DNA of 15,426 nt from Candidatus Micrarchaeaceae archaeon (GTDB taxonomy: Archaea > Micrarchaeota > Micrarchaeia > Micrarchaeales > CABMGC01). Both the position numbers and the translations under genes were made by a program. Location of the stretch: positions 1 through 15,426 of the forward strand of contig JAVZVY010000019.1 in the NCBI GenBank assembly GCA_038878295.1, written 5' to 3'. Below, piece by piece: positions 1 to 8,685 of the stretch; position 1 is the stretch's first letter, and each line of letters begins with the position of its first letter. The notes below the pieces were generated by a model, which made no database searches, was not told where the DNA came from, and saw only the letters and a list, made by a program, of their open reading frames with translations.

Positions 1-1456
1 GATCCAATAGCTTGCCTATGCCAATGCCAACGCTGCTTATAACTGCGCCGTTGCCTATGGCGGTGCTTGTGAAGTACTCTGCGACTATGCTTGCGTTCCA
101 TTCCGCCGCTATGCCAGTTACAGCTCCCGTTATTAGGCCAGGTATTATAGCCTTTGCATATATGCTCTTGAATGCGTTTATGCCCTTTATCTGGAATATC
201 CTTTTTACCTCAAATATGTTCTGTGGCATTGTCCTTGTGCTGGCTATTATGCTGAATATAACGTACCATACTCCACTAAGGACAAAAACAAAAAATGCAA
301 CCAGCTCCCCATGGAATGCCTGCTTGCTCAGAAGGATTGCAATCGGTGGCAGCAACACTGTAGCTGGTATGGAAGCCAATATCTGCATGCCAAGAAGATA
401 GCTGCCTGGATGCTTAGACATGAAAACTATGTATATGGAGAGTGGCACTGCTATAAGCAGGATTATTGCGAATGAGAGCCAGACGCGTGCTATGCTCGCG
501 GCGAGCGCAACCAGCACTTCGGACTCATATGCAAGGAGTTTCGCACCGAATGCGTAGAAAAGCAAAGCCACTATGATTGCAATAGCCGCAAACGCAACAG
601 CAGCCGTCACGTATTTTGGCCTGCTTTTCCTAAATGAGCCTATTTCTGCGTATTCCCGCGCTTTGGATATGTGCATGTGTTTTCTGCCAAGTCTGATACG
701 TAAGCTTATGTGTATCTTTGGCATGCCAACTGCAAAGAATCTGCGGTGATGTTCCCTCAGTCTGTGCTGCTCCCTGGTCTTCGCAAAGCCGCCTTTGGTA
801 TAGACGTTGATCCTCCTCTCAAGCGGCGCGAAGAAAAGAAGCCTAGTTAGAACTACAAACACAATAAAGATGGCCAGCGCAATAACATAGCCAGCAAAGT
901 TTCCGCTTAGCGCAAGGTTTGTTATTGCAACGCCTATTCCATGCTTCACCGCATAAGCTGCATTTCCTATCGAAAATATCTCGCTCGTCACTAAGTAAAA
1001 TAGGCCTATAGACCAAGAAAGCACAGACTGTTCGATGACTCTTGGCATTGCAGCCGGTATGAATATCTTCCTCAGCTTTTCGATCGCACTAATGTGGTAG
1101 AGCCTTGATAGCTCCATGAACTCGTTTGGCAGCGTCTTTATGGACTCGTATACTCCAAATGCTATATTCCATACCATGCTTGTTATTATCAGGAAAATCA
1201 CTGCGGAATTGATGCCTATGAATCCTGGCAGCAATGCCACAAACACGTATATCACGAATGGAAAGAATGCGAGTATTGGCAGCGTTTGGAATATGTCAAG
1301 AATTGGTATTATTATGCGCTCAGCCCTCCTGTTTGTTGCTGCATATATGCCTACAGCCAGGCTTATAAGTATCGAAAAGAAGAGCGCTATGAACATCCTT
1401 ACCCATGAGAAGGTTGTATCTATAATAAGGCTTGAAAGCAAGCTATAGATCGGCAT
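1..1456 (-). CDS. ABC transporter permease, NitT/TauT (nitrate/sulfonate/bicarbonate) type, two fused permease domains; 3' end lies outside the window
   Basis: Not in the ORF track because no stop lies in the window. Manual translation from ATG at 1456 gives MPIYSLLSSLIIDTTFSWVRMFIALFFSILISLAVGIYAATNRRAERIIIPILDIFQTLPILAFFPF..., typical of NitT/TauT permeases. A second similar unit starts around 500 (...SIARVWLS...QILASIPATVLLP...). A GGTG SD-like motif precedes the ATG. Confidence 0.85.
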   Translation of the reverse strand, partial: MPIYSLLSSLIIDTTFSWVRMFIALFFSILISLAVGIYAATNRRAERIIIPILDIFQTLPILAFFPFVIYVFVALLPGFIGINSAVIFLIITSMVWNIAFGVYESIKTLPNEFMELSRLYHISAIEKLRKIFIPAAMPRVIEQSVLSWSIGLFYLVTSEIFSIGNAAYAVKHGIGVAITNLALSGNFAGYVIALAIFIVFVVLTRLLFFAPLERRINVYTKGGFAKTREQHRLREHHRRFFAVGMPKIHISLRIRLGRKHMHISKAREYAEIGSFRKSRPKYVTAAVAFAAIAIIVALLFYAFGAKLLAYESEVLVALAASIARVWLSFAIILLIAVPLSIYIVFMSKHPGSYLLGMQILASIPATVLLPPIAILLSKQAFHGELVAFFVFVLSGVWYVIFSIIASTRTMPQNIFEVKRIFQIKGINAFKSIYAKAIIPGLITGAVTGIAAEWNASIVAEYFTSTAIGNGAVISSVGIGIGKLLD

Positions 1457-1473
1457 TGCCGCACCATGGCGCT

Positions 1474-1488
1474 AGTAATACTATTACT
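1474..1488. promoter_or_regulatory. Perfect 7-1-7 palindrome AGTAATA-C-TATTACT, candidate transcription-factor operator
   Basis: Read directly. It lies in the divergent intergenic region between the permease start (1456) and the histone start (1562). Confidence 0.4.
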
Positions 1489-1561
1489 CAAGTATAATAT
1501 AAAAACTTGCGCAACGCATGCCAACGTTTGCTTTTTAAAGTTTATATGCAAATATATATCC

Positions 1562-1756
1562 ATGGCGATATCAAAAAGATTCGCGCTTAAGATACTCAAG
1601 GAGATGGGGGCAAAGCGCGTGAGCGATGATGCTGCATCAGAATTTTCAGATGCACTCAACAAGTTCGCTTACAGAATTGCGAGCAAAGCTGTCAAGCTTG
1701 CCGCCCATGCAAAAAGAAAAACAGTTGAAAAATCAGATATAGACTTGGCAGAATGA
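1562..1756 (+). CDS. Archaeal histone (HMfA/HMfB-like, single histone fold, 64 aa)
   Basis: MAISKRFALKILKEMGAKRVSDDAASEFSDALNKFAYRIASKAVKLAAHAKRKTVEKSDIDLAE contains the GAxRVS loop and the HAxRKTV..xDIxLA C-terminal motif. The ORF-track start (1466) is too far upstream. A T/A-rich TATA-like tract (1532-1547) precedes ATG 1562. Confidence 0.92.
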   Translation: MAISKRFALKILKEMGAKRVSDDAASEFSDALNKFAYRIASKAVKLAAHAKRKTVEKSDIDLAE

Positions 1757-2188
1757 TCAGCTGCTTTTATTTGCTATGATGTTTGCGGCAGTCGCATTTA
1801 TTGTTGTGCTAACTGATGTTGTTGGCACAGTCGGCATTACGGTTGTTATCCCAGTTATCTGTGCTAGCCTGCCATTTGCAAACCACGTGTAGACGTCATA
1901 AAGAAATGCTGTCGAATACGAAACAGAAAAAGCGCCATATTTTAGAAAGTAATACGCGGTAGAAGCTATTATAAGAAGTATTATAACCACAAAGAGTGCG
2001 CTCACAAGAAGGCGAAGAAACTTGTAGCCTATGAATAGGAGCAGTATTACCAAAGCCACCCCTATTATGCCTCTATATAATGGTGGCACTGCCGTGGTCT
2101 GCCCAAGCGCTGTTGAATTTATTCCAAGCGTAGAATTTAGAGAATTTGCGCCAAGCGTCTGAAGCAGAATAACCAAAACGTAAATCAT
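1757..2188 (-). CDS. Hypothetical membrane protein (signal-peptide-like N-terminus, two TM helices, Thr-rich C-terminal tail with N-x-S/T sequons)
   Basis: 143-aa ORF with hydrophobic segments GIIGVALVILLLFIGY and LLVSALFVVIILLIIASTAYYFL. TATA-like motifs lie at 2203-2222 on the minus strand. Its stop abuts the histone stop (convergent). Confidence 0.75.
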   Translation of the reverse strand: MIYVLVILLQTLGANSLNSTLGINSTALGQTTAVPPLYRGIIGVALVILLLFIGYKFLRLLVSALFVVIILLIIASTAYYFLKYGAFSVSYSTAFLYDVYTWFANGRLAQITGITTVMPTVPTTSVSTTINATAANIIANKSS

Positions 2189-2202
2189 GCAATCAATATA
2201 GG

Positions 2203-2225
2203 TTTATAAACAACATTATAAAAAA
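2203..2225 (-). promoter_or_regulatory. T6 tract (possible atp operon terminator) overlapping TATA-like boxes for the 1757-2188 gene
   Basis: Minus strand reads TTTTTTATAATGTTGTTTATAAA, 15 nt after the atpD stop and about 15-35 nt before ATG 2188. Confidence 0.45.
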
Positions 2226-2240
2226 TCTTGCATATTGCTA

Positions 2241-2873
2241 TCAGGTGGCATGCTGCTCCTTTGCAAGCCTTTTCTTCACGTGCTTCAACGCAGCAAACAT
2301 GTCTCTGTCTATCTCTTCCAGGCGCACTGCTATGTACTTTGACCTGCTGCGTATGTTTGGTATAACCACATACTGCAATGCGTTCACTCTGCGCTTCGTT
2401 TTGTCAATCTCTATCACGAGCCTTTTCAGGCCTTGCTCCCTCTGCGCAACATCTATCATCACATTTATCGCATTTGAGAAATCGCTGCTTATATCATCCG
2501 CAGCAACGTCCGTCGATATGATATTATAGTCAATTGCAGTCTGCTTTCCAGAGCCGCTTATTTCAGGCACCTTGACTCCCATTATGTTCTTGACTGTTAT
2601 CTTTATCGGCTCAGCTTCCTCTACGTGCATGGCAACTTCCTCTAGCTCAAAATTGCCTACATATGCTGATGCAATCGCAACGCCTTTGTATGCTCTCTCC
2701 ATTATTGCGTTGAGGTAATTTATGTCATTCTTTGACATCTTAAGCATCTTGAGGAACTCCATTACAAGGACTTCCCGTTTTCTTTTAAGTATGCCATAGC
2801 CTTTGTTGGCCATCGCCGCACGCCTTCTCAGGTTGATGAGATTCATCCTTGTCGGATTTATGCTCTGCAACAC
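2241..2873 (-). CDS. atpD: A/V-type ATP synthase subunit D
   Basis: NPTRMNL...GYGILKRKREVL, KNIMGVKVP and EIDKTKRRVNALQYVVIP motifs. GTG start one base after the atpB stop. Confidence 0.96.
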   Translation of the reverse strand: MLQSINPTRMNLINLRRRAAMANKGYGILKRKREVLVMEFLKMLKMSKNDINYLNAIMERAYKGVAIASAYVGNFELEEVAMHVEEAEPIKITVKNIMGVKVPEISGSGKQTAIDYNIISTDVAADDISSDFSNAINVMIDVAQREQGLKRLVIEIDKTKRRVNALQYVVIPNIRSRSKYIAVRLEEIDRDMFAALKHVKKRLAKEQHAT

Positions 2874-2874
2874 A

Positions 2875-4251
2875 TCACTTTTTGTAATACTTAGATATGT
2901 ATTCGCTCTTTATCCTGGTAAGCTCAGACTCAGGAAGCATCGAAAGCAGTTCCCAGCCTATGCCCAGCGTATCCTCTATGCTTCTGTCCTCATACGGGCC
3001 CTGACCTATAAACTTGTTTTCAAAGGCCTCTCCAAACTTTAGATATAGCTTGTCGCTCTCGCTCAGCGCCTCGGCTCCTACAATCGAGCTCAAGTTTCTC
3101 GCATCCTGGGCCTTCGCATACGCACCGTAGAGCTGATCTGCAACTCCCCTATGATCCTCCCTTGTCTTTCCAGCACCTATGCCGTTGCTCATCAACCTCG
3201 AGAGCGAGCCCAACGGGTTTATTGGCGGATAAATGCCCCTGTTGTTGAGTTCTCTTGCAAGGAAAATCTGGCCCTCAGTTATATAGCCAGTAAGGTCGGG
3301 TATCGGATGCGTCACGTCGTCGCTCGGCATAGACACCACATTGAGCTGCGTTATGCTTCCTTTGTTGCCCTTGACTATGCCAGCTCTTTCGTATATGCTT
3401 GCAAGGTCAGTGTACATGTAACCAGGGTAGCCTCTTCTTCCAGGCACTTCCTCTCTAGCGCTTGAGAGCTCTCTCAAAGCTTCACAGTAGTTTGTCATGT
3501 CGTCGAGCATCACAAGAACGTGCATGCCTCTCTCGTATGCCAGATATTCTGCCAAAGTGAGTGCAAGCCTTGGAGTAAGTATTCTTTCTATGCTTGGATC
3601 GTCAGCCAGGTTTATGAAGGCTGCACTTCTTGAAAGAGCGCCAGTTTTCCTAAACTCGTTTATGAAGTACATCGCGTCGTCGTAAGTTATGCCTATGCCA
3701 GCAAAAATCACCGCGAACTTTTCTTCAGTACCCTTGACCTTGGCCTGCCTGACTATCTGCGCAGCAAGCTGGTTGTGCGGCAGCCCGGAACCCGAAAATA
3801 TAGGCAATTTCTGGCCTCTTACCAGCGTCATCAAACCGTCTATTCCGGACACGCCGGTTTCTATGAAATCTGATGGCATCGCCCTTGCAGAAGGGTTTAT
3901 CGGCGCGCCATTTATGTCACGCTTTTCCTTGTAGGATATTTCGCCCCTTGAGTCCCGCGGCCTGCCCTGGCCGTCAAATATTCTGCCGAGCATGCTCTCG
4001 GAAACGCCGATGCTGAAGGTTTCCCCAAGGAAACTTACAGAAGCCTTGTCAACATCTATGCCTGTTGTAGAGCCGAAGACTTGCACTACAGCATTGTTGC
4101 TGCTCGTGTCGAGCACCTGGCCGAGTCTGGTTTCGCCATCCTGTAGCCTTATCTTGACTATCTCGCCGTATGCTGCATTTCCGACCTTGCCCACAACTAT
4201 GAGCGGCCCGGCAATGCTTTCAATAGTCCTATATTCAATCTCAAATTTCAT
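2875..4251 (-). CDS. atpB: A/V-type ATP synthase subunit B
   Basis: [57 protein letters not shown] and [16 protein letters not shown] motifs. True start is ATG 4251 (MKFEIEY), with SD GAGGTGAT at 4255-4262. The ORF-track extension to 4287 lies inside the inserted element. Confidence 0.97.
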   Translation of the reverse strand: MKFEIEYRTIESIAGPLIVVGKVGNAAYGEIVKIRLQDGETRLGQVLDTSSNNAVVQVFGSTTGIDVDKASVSFLGETFSIGVSESMLGRIFDGQGRPRDSRGEISYKEKRDINGAPINPSARAMPSDFIETGVSGIDGLMTLVRGQKLPIFSGSGLPHNQLAAQIVRQAKVKGTEEKFAVIFAGIGITYDDAMYFINEFRKTGALSRSAAFINLADDPSIERILTPRLALTLAEYLAYERGMHVLVMLDDMTNYCEALRELSSAREEVPGRRGYPGYMYTDLASIYERAGIVKGNKGSITQLNVVSMPSDDVTHPIPDLTGYITEGQIFLARELNNRGIYPPINPLGSLSRLMSNGIGAGKTREDHRGVADQLYGAYAKAQDARNLSSIVGAEALSESDKLYLKFGEAFENKFIGQGPYEDRSIEDTLGIGWELLSMLPESELTRIKSEYISKYYKK

Positions 4252-4259
4252 CGTATCAC

Positions 4260-4589
4260 CTCGCAAGGAGACCCCATGCGTGAGCATGATGAGGAATTGC
4301 GAGCATAAGTATGAATATCTTGCTGCTGCATAAACAAATCAGATGAAATATCTTGTTTGTATATAGATATAGGATATGAGGTTGCCTGACCAGCGTAAAA
4401 TCCTAAAATGCAATAGGTCATGCAAGATCGCTGTTGGAGCGGAAGATCCATTTCTTCCAGATTTTCCAATAGCGGAGTCGCTGTAAACCGACTCTCAAAG
4501 CTTTCTGATGACAGATGTTCAGACTTTGTGGAATGGTGTTCCATGTTGATCGTCTCGATGAAAGCCCCTTCCGTTAGGGAGGAGTTTAC
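4260..4589 (+). mobile_element. Non-autonomous IS200/IS605-family derivative (no tnpA/tnpB ORF), with left- and right-end hairpins
   Basis: 338-nt gap between atpA and atpB, whereas all other atp junctions are <=9 nt or overlapping. Left end CTCGCAAGGAGACCCCATGC-GTGA-GCATGATGAGGAATTGCGAG (outer stem 4260-4266/4297-4303, inner hairpin 4275-4288). Right end AAAGCCCCTTCC-GTTA-GGGAGGAGTTTAC (4561-4589). No terminal inverted repeats and no clear target duplication, as expected for this family. Left boundary uncertain by a few nt. Confidence 0.8.
4382..4589 (+). ncRNA. Putative TnpB-type omegaRNA/reRNA scaffold (orphan)
   Basis: Consecutive stems: 4382-4391/4416-4425; 4429-4438/4465-4474 with inner 4441-4446/4453-4458; 4475-4480/4489-4494; 4496-4508/4519-4528; 4529-4533/4539-4543; right-end hairpin. 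G-U wobbles favour the + strand. Loop GTAAAC (4483-4488) is the exact complement of the terminal GTTTAC (4584-4589). Confidence 0.65.
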
Positions 4590-6377
4590 TCACACCTCTG
4601 CAGCGGCTTCGCCTTCTTCAGACTGTGCCTGCTTTTTTAGCTCTGCGAATTCTGCATCTGTTGCCGCTTTTATGTTAGCTATGGCCTTCTCAGCCTCGGT
4701 TTCCTTGATTGTTTTCATCCTTGCTATGTCGCCCCTAACTTTCATCTTGGATATGGCCTCGGCTGAAACGCCAGCTGCGACAGCATCCGCGGCGCCTCTG
4801 GCAAAGTGCAGTATCGCAGAAAGCATCATATCCTGCTTCTTCAGGCTCGTATACGTGTCTATGTCATCGTAAGCATTCTGCCTCAGGTAGTCTTCTCTGA
4901 GCATTCTGCCTATCTCAAGGATTACTCTCTCAGAATCGGGAAGGGCGTCTGCGCCTACAAGCTGCACTATGTCCTTGAGCTCGCTTTCCCTTTGAAGGAG
5001 TTTCATGGCTTCCTTTCTGTTAGAAACGAATTCTTCGCTAACATTCTTTACATACCACTGTTCGAGCACGTCAAGGTAGAGGGAATAGCTCGTCAGCCAG
5101 TTTATCGAAGGGAAATGCCTTGATCCGGCAAGAGCTGCGTCAAGCGCCCAGAACGTTTTTACAACTCGCAGCGTGCCTTGCGAAACCGGCTCAGAGAGGT
5201 CGCCACCAGGCGGTGAAACGGCGCCTATCACGCTTGCAGAGCCTATCTTGCCACTCAACGTCACGACCTTTCCGGCTCTCTCATAAAATTCAGCAAGCCT
5301 CTTCGGCAGGTATGCCGGATAGCCCTCTTCGCCAGGCATCTCTTCAAGCCTTGCTGATATTTCGCGCATAGCTTCTGCCCATCTTGATGTAGAATCAGCC
5401 ATAAGCGCCACGTTGTAACCCATGTCTCTGAAATATTCTGCTATTGTTATGCTTGTATAGATGCTTGCTTCCCTCGCTGCCACAGGCATGTTGCTCGTGT
5501 TTGCTATTAGCACTGTTCTTTCCATGAGCGGCTTTCCGCTCTTAGGGTCCTTGAGCTCAGGGAATTCGGTCAAGACCTCTGTCATCTCGTTGCCGCGTTC
5601 GCCCGCACCGCAATAAACTACAATATCGGCGTCGGACCATTTTGCAAGCTGATGCTGAATCACAGTTTTTCCAGACCCGAACGGCCCAGGCACTCCGGCT
5701 GTGCCTCCTTTTGCAATAGGAAAGAATGTATCAATTACGCGCTGGCCTGTTACGAGCGGCTCGTCCGCGCCTATCTTTGTCTTGTATGGCGCAGTCTTCC
5801 TTACTGAGCGCCTCTGCGACATGGCAACAGAAGCGATGCCTTTTCCTGTATCGACTTTAGCAACCCAATCGTCTACTGTAAACCTGCCGCTCCTTATCTG
5901 CTTAAGCTTGCCCTCTATACCAGCTGGCACCATAATGTAATGCTTTATCAGGTCTGTTTCCTGCACGTAGCCTATTATCATGCCCTGTTTTATCTGCTGC
6001 CCCTCCTTTATTGATTTTTCTGCAACAAATTCCCATTTTTTGTCGTGGCTTATTGCCTCGGCTACTATGCCCTTGCCGATGAAGGCGCCGCTCTTTTTTC
6101 TTATTACCTCAAGGGGCCTCTGAGTTCCGTCGTATATGTTGCCTAAAAGACCTGGACCAAGCTCCACAGAAAGTGGCATGCCTGTTGATTCGACAGGCTC
6201 TCCCGGCTTAAGGCCGTTTGTATCTTCATAAACCTGTATAACGGCTCTGCTGCCCCTGAGCTGTATGATCTCGCCGATGAGCTTCTGCCTGCCAGCCTTG
6301 ACTACATCATACATCTTGCTTCCAAGCATCTCATTTGCGATAACAAGCGGACCAGAAATTCTCTCTATGTAACCCAA
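4590..6377 (-). CDS. atpA: A/V-type ATP synthase catalytic subunit A
   Basis: Walker A GPFGSGKT, plus [34 protein letters not shown] and [13 protein letters not shown]. 595 aa, no intein. Confidence 0.98.
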   Translation of the reverse strand: MGYIERISGPLVIANEMLGSKMYDVVKAGRQKLIGEIIQLRGSRAVIQVYEDTNGLKPGEPVESTGMPLSVELGPGLLGNIYDGTQRPLEVIRKKSGAFIGKGIVAEAISHDKKWEFVAEKSIKEGQQIKQGMIIGYVQETDLIKHYIMVPAGIEGKLKQIRSGRFTVDDWVAKVDTGKGIASVAMSQRRSVRKTAPYKTKIGADEPLVTGQRVIDTFFPIAKGGTAGVPGPFGSGKTVIQHQLAKWSDADIVVYCGAGERGNEMTEVLTEFPELKDPKSGKPLMERTVLIANTSNMPVAAREASIYTSITIAEYFRDMGYNVALMADSTSRWAEAMREISARLEEMPGEEGYPAYLPKRLAEFYERAGKVVTLSGKIGSASVIGAVSPPGGDLSEPVSQGTLRVVKTFWALDAALAGSRHFPSINWLTSYSLYLDVLEQWYVKNVSEEFVSNRKEAMKLLQRESELKDIVQLVGADALPDSERVILEIGRMLREDYLRQNAYDDIDTYTSLKKQDMMLSAILHFARGAADAVAAGVSAEAISKMKVRGDIARMKTIKETEAEKAIANIKAATDAEFAELKKQAQSEEGEAAAEV

Positions 6378-6385
6378 TTAATCAC

Positions 6386-6727
6386 CTAAGCGTTCTTCAT
6401 AATGTCGACGCCTATAGCTTTTATTATAAGCATCTTAAGTGTTTCGCTGGTAGCTCCCTTCTCGCCATATTCAGGAATCTCTATTATGAGAGGCATGAGG
6501 CTGTTTGTGATAGCATTTTGCAGCTTCCTGTCTTTTATCTGCCTCACAAGCCTACTAGTTATCGCTATGAGCCCTATGTCCTGCCTCTGCAGAAGTCCTT
6601 TAAGAATAGATTCTGCCTCTTTGCCGTCAGCAGCTTGGAAAGCCTGCGTTATCCCGGCCAGCTTAAAGCCGAGCACAGGGAGCTCACCACCTATCAAAGC
6701 TATCTTGTAGCCCTTCACTGGTTCCAT
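6386..6727 (-). CDS. atpF: A/V-type ATP synthase subunit F
   Basis: KIALIG...GFKLAGI, DIGLIAIT and PLIIEIP...IIKAIGVD motifs; located between atpC and atpA. Confidence 0.93.
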   Translation of the reverse strand: MEPVKGYKIALIGGELPVLGFKLAGITQAFQAADGKEAESILKGLLQRQDIGLIAITSRLVRQIKDRKLQNAITNSLMPLIIEIPEYGEKGATSETLKMLIIKAIGVDIMKNA

Positions 6728-7785
6728 GTTATCAATTCGCTTATCTCGTCCTTGCTAAGGCCGTAGAGCATGCCCTTCGCAAGTATCCTTATTGTAAATA
6801 CTTCTATTTCCTTGAGATACATATAAGCAAGTATCGTTGTGAAAGAAAGCACGCTGTGCCTCAACAGTCTTATGCTTGAGTTGAAGATGCTGTTTCTCAT
6901 GCCGACCTCGAAGACGAGCATGCGTTTTGCCTCGTCCCTATTGTAAACCTCTATGGCGTGCTTCAGATCGAAACCCCTGAGCTGCGATGCGATCTCTTCG
7001 ACGCTCTTCGAAGACTCGTAAATTTTTTCAAGCTCGCCGCTTTTGATGTCACCACCACCTATGAGAAGCTCCTTTATTACAGCAAAGCTTAGCTGGCGCC
7101 GCTTTGCCCTAAGCATTGTAAGGGCGTTTCTCATGTCTATATCCATCTTAGCTATCCTAGCAGCTTCAACGCCTATGTCCTTTAATGGTATAATTACGCG
7201 CCCAAGCTCAGTGTAGTAAACCTTGTCGAGTTCAGCGAGCGCCTCAAGGGAATTTCTGCTTTTCCTGTAGGCGTCTAGGCTCATCTGTATTGCTTTTGCA
7301 TATGGCGAATTTGGAATAAGCCTTGAGAGCATTCCCTCAATAGTTTCTTCTCTAAAGACCTCCTTGATGACCGAAGCATTGTACATGCCATAGTCAACTA
7401 TATACGGGGCTATGCTGTCGAAGGAGCGAGACTTCCCCTTTGCCTCTATAGCAATGCGCACGTTGTACAAATCCCACTTGCCTATTATGGCTCTGGTTAT
7501 GCTCCTGTAGTTTGCAGGAGTTGCGGCCACAAGCCTGCTCAGGCTGATTGCAAGGCTTTTGCTGAGCACAAAATCAAGGAATTCAGGCTTAGTGCCTATG
7601 CCGCCGAATTCAATCATCTGCTCCTTGTATACCGTATTGAAGAGCAGGGATATGATGCTGCTTACGTCTTTTGCATTGATTATTGACTGCATTGTCTCCT
7701 TGCTGATAAGCTTCGACTCCATGGCCTTCACTCTTGCCGTGGAGTAGCCGAAGACCGAAGCAGCACTGTACCCAGACAATACCAT
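6715..7785 (-). CDS. atpC: A/V-type ATP synthase subunit C
   Basis: YSTARVKAMESKLI N-terminus, KWDLYNVR, DIDMRN and YMYLKEIEVFTIRILAKG; 356 aa; operon position. Confidence 0.93.
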   Translation of the reverse strand: MVLSGYSAASVFGYSTARVKAMESKLISKETMQSIINAKDVSSIISLLFNTVYKEQMIEFGGIGTKPEFLDFVLSKSLAISLSRLVAATPANYRSITRAIIGKWDLYNVRIAIEAKGKSRSFDSIAPYIVDYGMYNASVIKEVFREETIEGMLSRLIPNSPYAKAIQMSLDAYRKSRNSLEALAELDKVYYTELGRVIIPLKDIGVEAARIAKMDIDMRNALTMLRAKRRQLSFAVIKELLIGGGDIKSGELEKIYESSKSVEEIASQLRGFDLKHAIEVYNRDEAKRMLVFEVGMRNSIFNSSIRLLRHSVLSFTTILAYMYLKEIEVFTIRILAKGMLYGLSKDEISELITWNQ

Positions 7786-7789
7786 CAGA

Positions 7790-8431
7790 TTACCTTTTTA
7801 CGCTTTTAATGGTGTGCGTGTTATGCTTTGCCTTGGCTGCTTTGCGCTTATCCTGCGCCGCCGCGCCCTTTGTGCTCTGCCCCTGCAAAGCCTCAGAAAC
7901 AGCTCTTATGACGCTGCTTGAGTATCTCTCTACCATATCATGCAGTTTGCCGTCCAGTACCACTTTGCCATCATCGCTCTTTATAATGAAACCGTCCACG
8001 TCGCTTGCCACCACATCGATTCCATAGGCCTTGGCTGCGTTTGCATATTTTTTGTTGATCTCTATCTTTGCGCCATCAAGCTTCGCAGCATTCGCGAAAG
8101 CCTTCATGGCTGCGCCTAACAACTCAGCAATGTGCGACTCAAGTTCCCTCTCAATGAGCCTTTTGACAATCGCTGTTTCCTTTTCTGCAGCCTTGCTTCG
8201 GGCTTCTGCAATTATGCTCGCTGCCTCATACTCCGCGTCCGCCGCTCCGGAAGCTTTTATGTTTGCGGCATCGGATTCAGCCGATTTCTTCGCTTCTTCG
8301 AGAAGCTGTTTGGCCTTTGCTTTTGCTTCCTCAACGATGTGCTCCGCTTCGGCATCAGCCTCCCTTCTGATTGAGGCTGCGCTTTCTGCGGCCTTGCGCT
8401 CTATCTCCTTCTCTATAGCCTCTAAAGCCAT
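7790..8431 (-). CDS. atpE: A/V-type ATP synthase subunit E (peripheral stalk)
   Basis: MALEAIEKEI start, long Ala/Glu/Lys coiled coil and C-terminal DGFIIKSDDGKVVLD motif; located between atpK and atpC. Confidence 0.88.
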   Translation of the reverse strand: MALEAIEKEIERKAAESAASIRREADAEAEHIVEEAKAKAKQLLEEAKKSAESDAANIKASGAADAEYEAASIIAEARSKAAEKETAIVKRLIERELESHIAELLGAAMKAFANAAKLDGAKIEINKKYANAAKAYGIDVVASDVDGFIIKSDDGKVVLDGKLHDMVERYSSSVIRAVSEALQGQSTKGAAAQDKRKAAKAKHNTHTIKSVKR

Positions 8432-8440
8432 GCAAGCCCC

Positions 8441-8677
8441 TTATATTATGCCAGCGTACAGCATGACCAGTATGGCTATGACGAAGCCGAATATCAAGAG
8501 CGTCTCAGGCAATACGAGGAAAAGCAGCACTATGCCCATCTGGTCAGGCTTCTCAGCTATCAAGCCAAGACCAGCGCTGCCTATACCTGATTGGGCCATG
8601 CCCGTGCCGATTGCCCCTCCAGCTATTGCTATGCCAGCTCCAATTGCCGCTATCGCGGCTTCCATTGTTATAGCCAT
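8441..8677 (-). CDS. atpK: A/V-type ATP synthase subunit K (c, proteolipid, single hairpin)
   Basis: Two TM helices, GTGMAQSGIGSAG and the ion-binding Glu in LPETLLIFG; 78 aa. Confidence 0.96.
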   Translation of the reverse strand: MAITMEAAIAAIGAGIAIAGGAIGTGMAQSGIGSAGLGLIAEKPDQMGIVLLFLVLPETLLIFGFVIAILVMLYAGII

Positions 8678-8685
8678 AAAACCAT

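Noticed and set aside
12..1662. ORFs 12..401(+), 1116..1448(+), 1420..1662(-) and the N-terminal extension 1466-1561 of the histone ORF
   Set aside because: These are antisense shadows of the ABC permease or histone. The extension runs through the promoter region.
4382..4589. IscB/HEARO-type RNA or self-splicing intron read on the minus (mRNA) strand
   Set aside because: Wobble pairs become A.C mismatches on the minus strand. No group I/II core or BHB at the boundaries was recognisable, and the element lies between genes, not inside one. Not formally excluded without a covariance search.
4248..4872. ORFs 4248..4544(-), 4420..4872(+) and a 36-codon ORF from ATG 4376 as transposase/TnpB remnants
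   Set aside because: No HUH/Y1, RuvC or zinc-finger motifs. The region is better explained as structured RNA.
4590..6377. Intein in AtpA
   Set aside because: Walker [10 protein letters not shown] is contiguous and the length (595 aa) is normal.
8441..8677. Na+-coupled ATP synthase inferred from Q...ET in subunit K
   Set aside because: The downstream Tyr of the full Na+ site is Phe (ETLLIF), and similar Q/PETLxIF c-subunits occur in H+-coupled enzymes such as Thermus V/A-ATPase. The coupling ion cannot be called.
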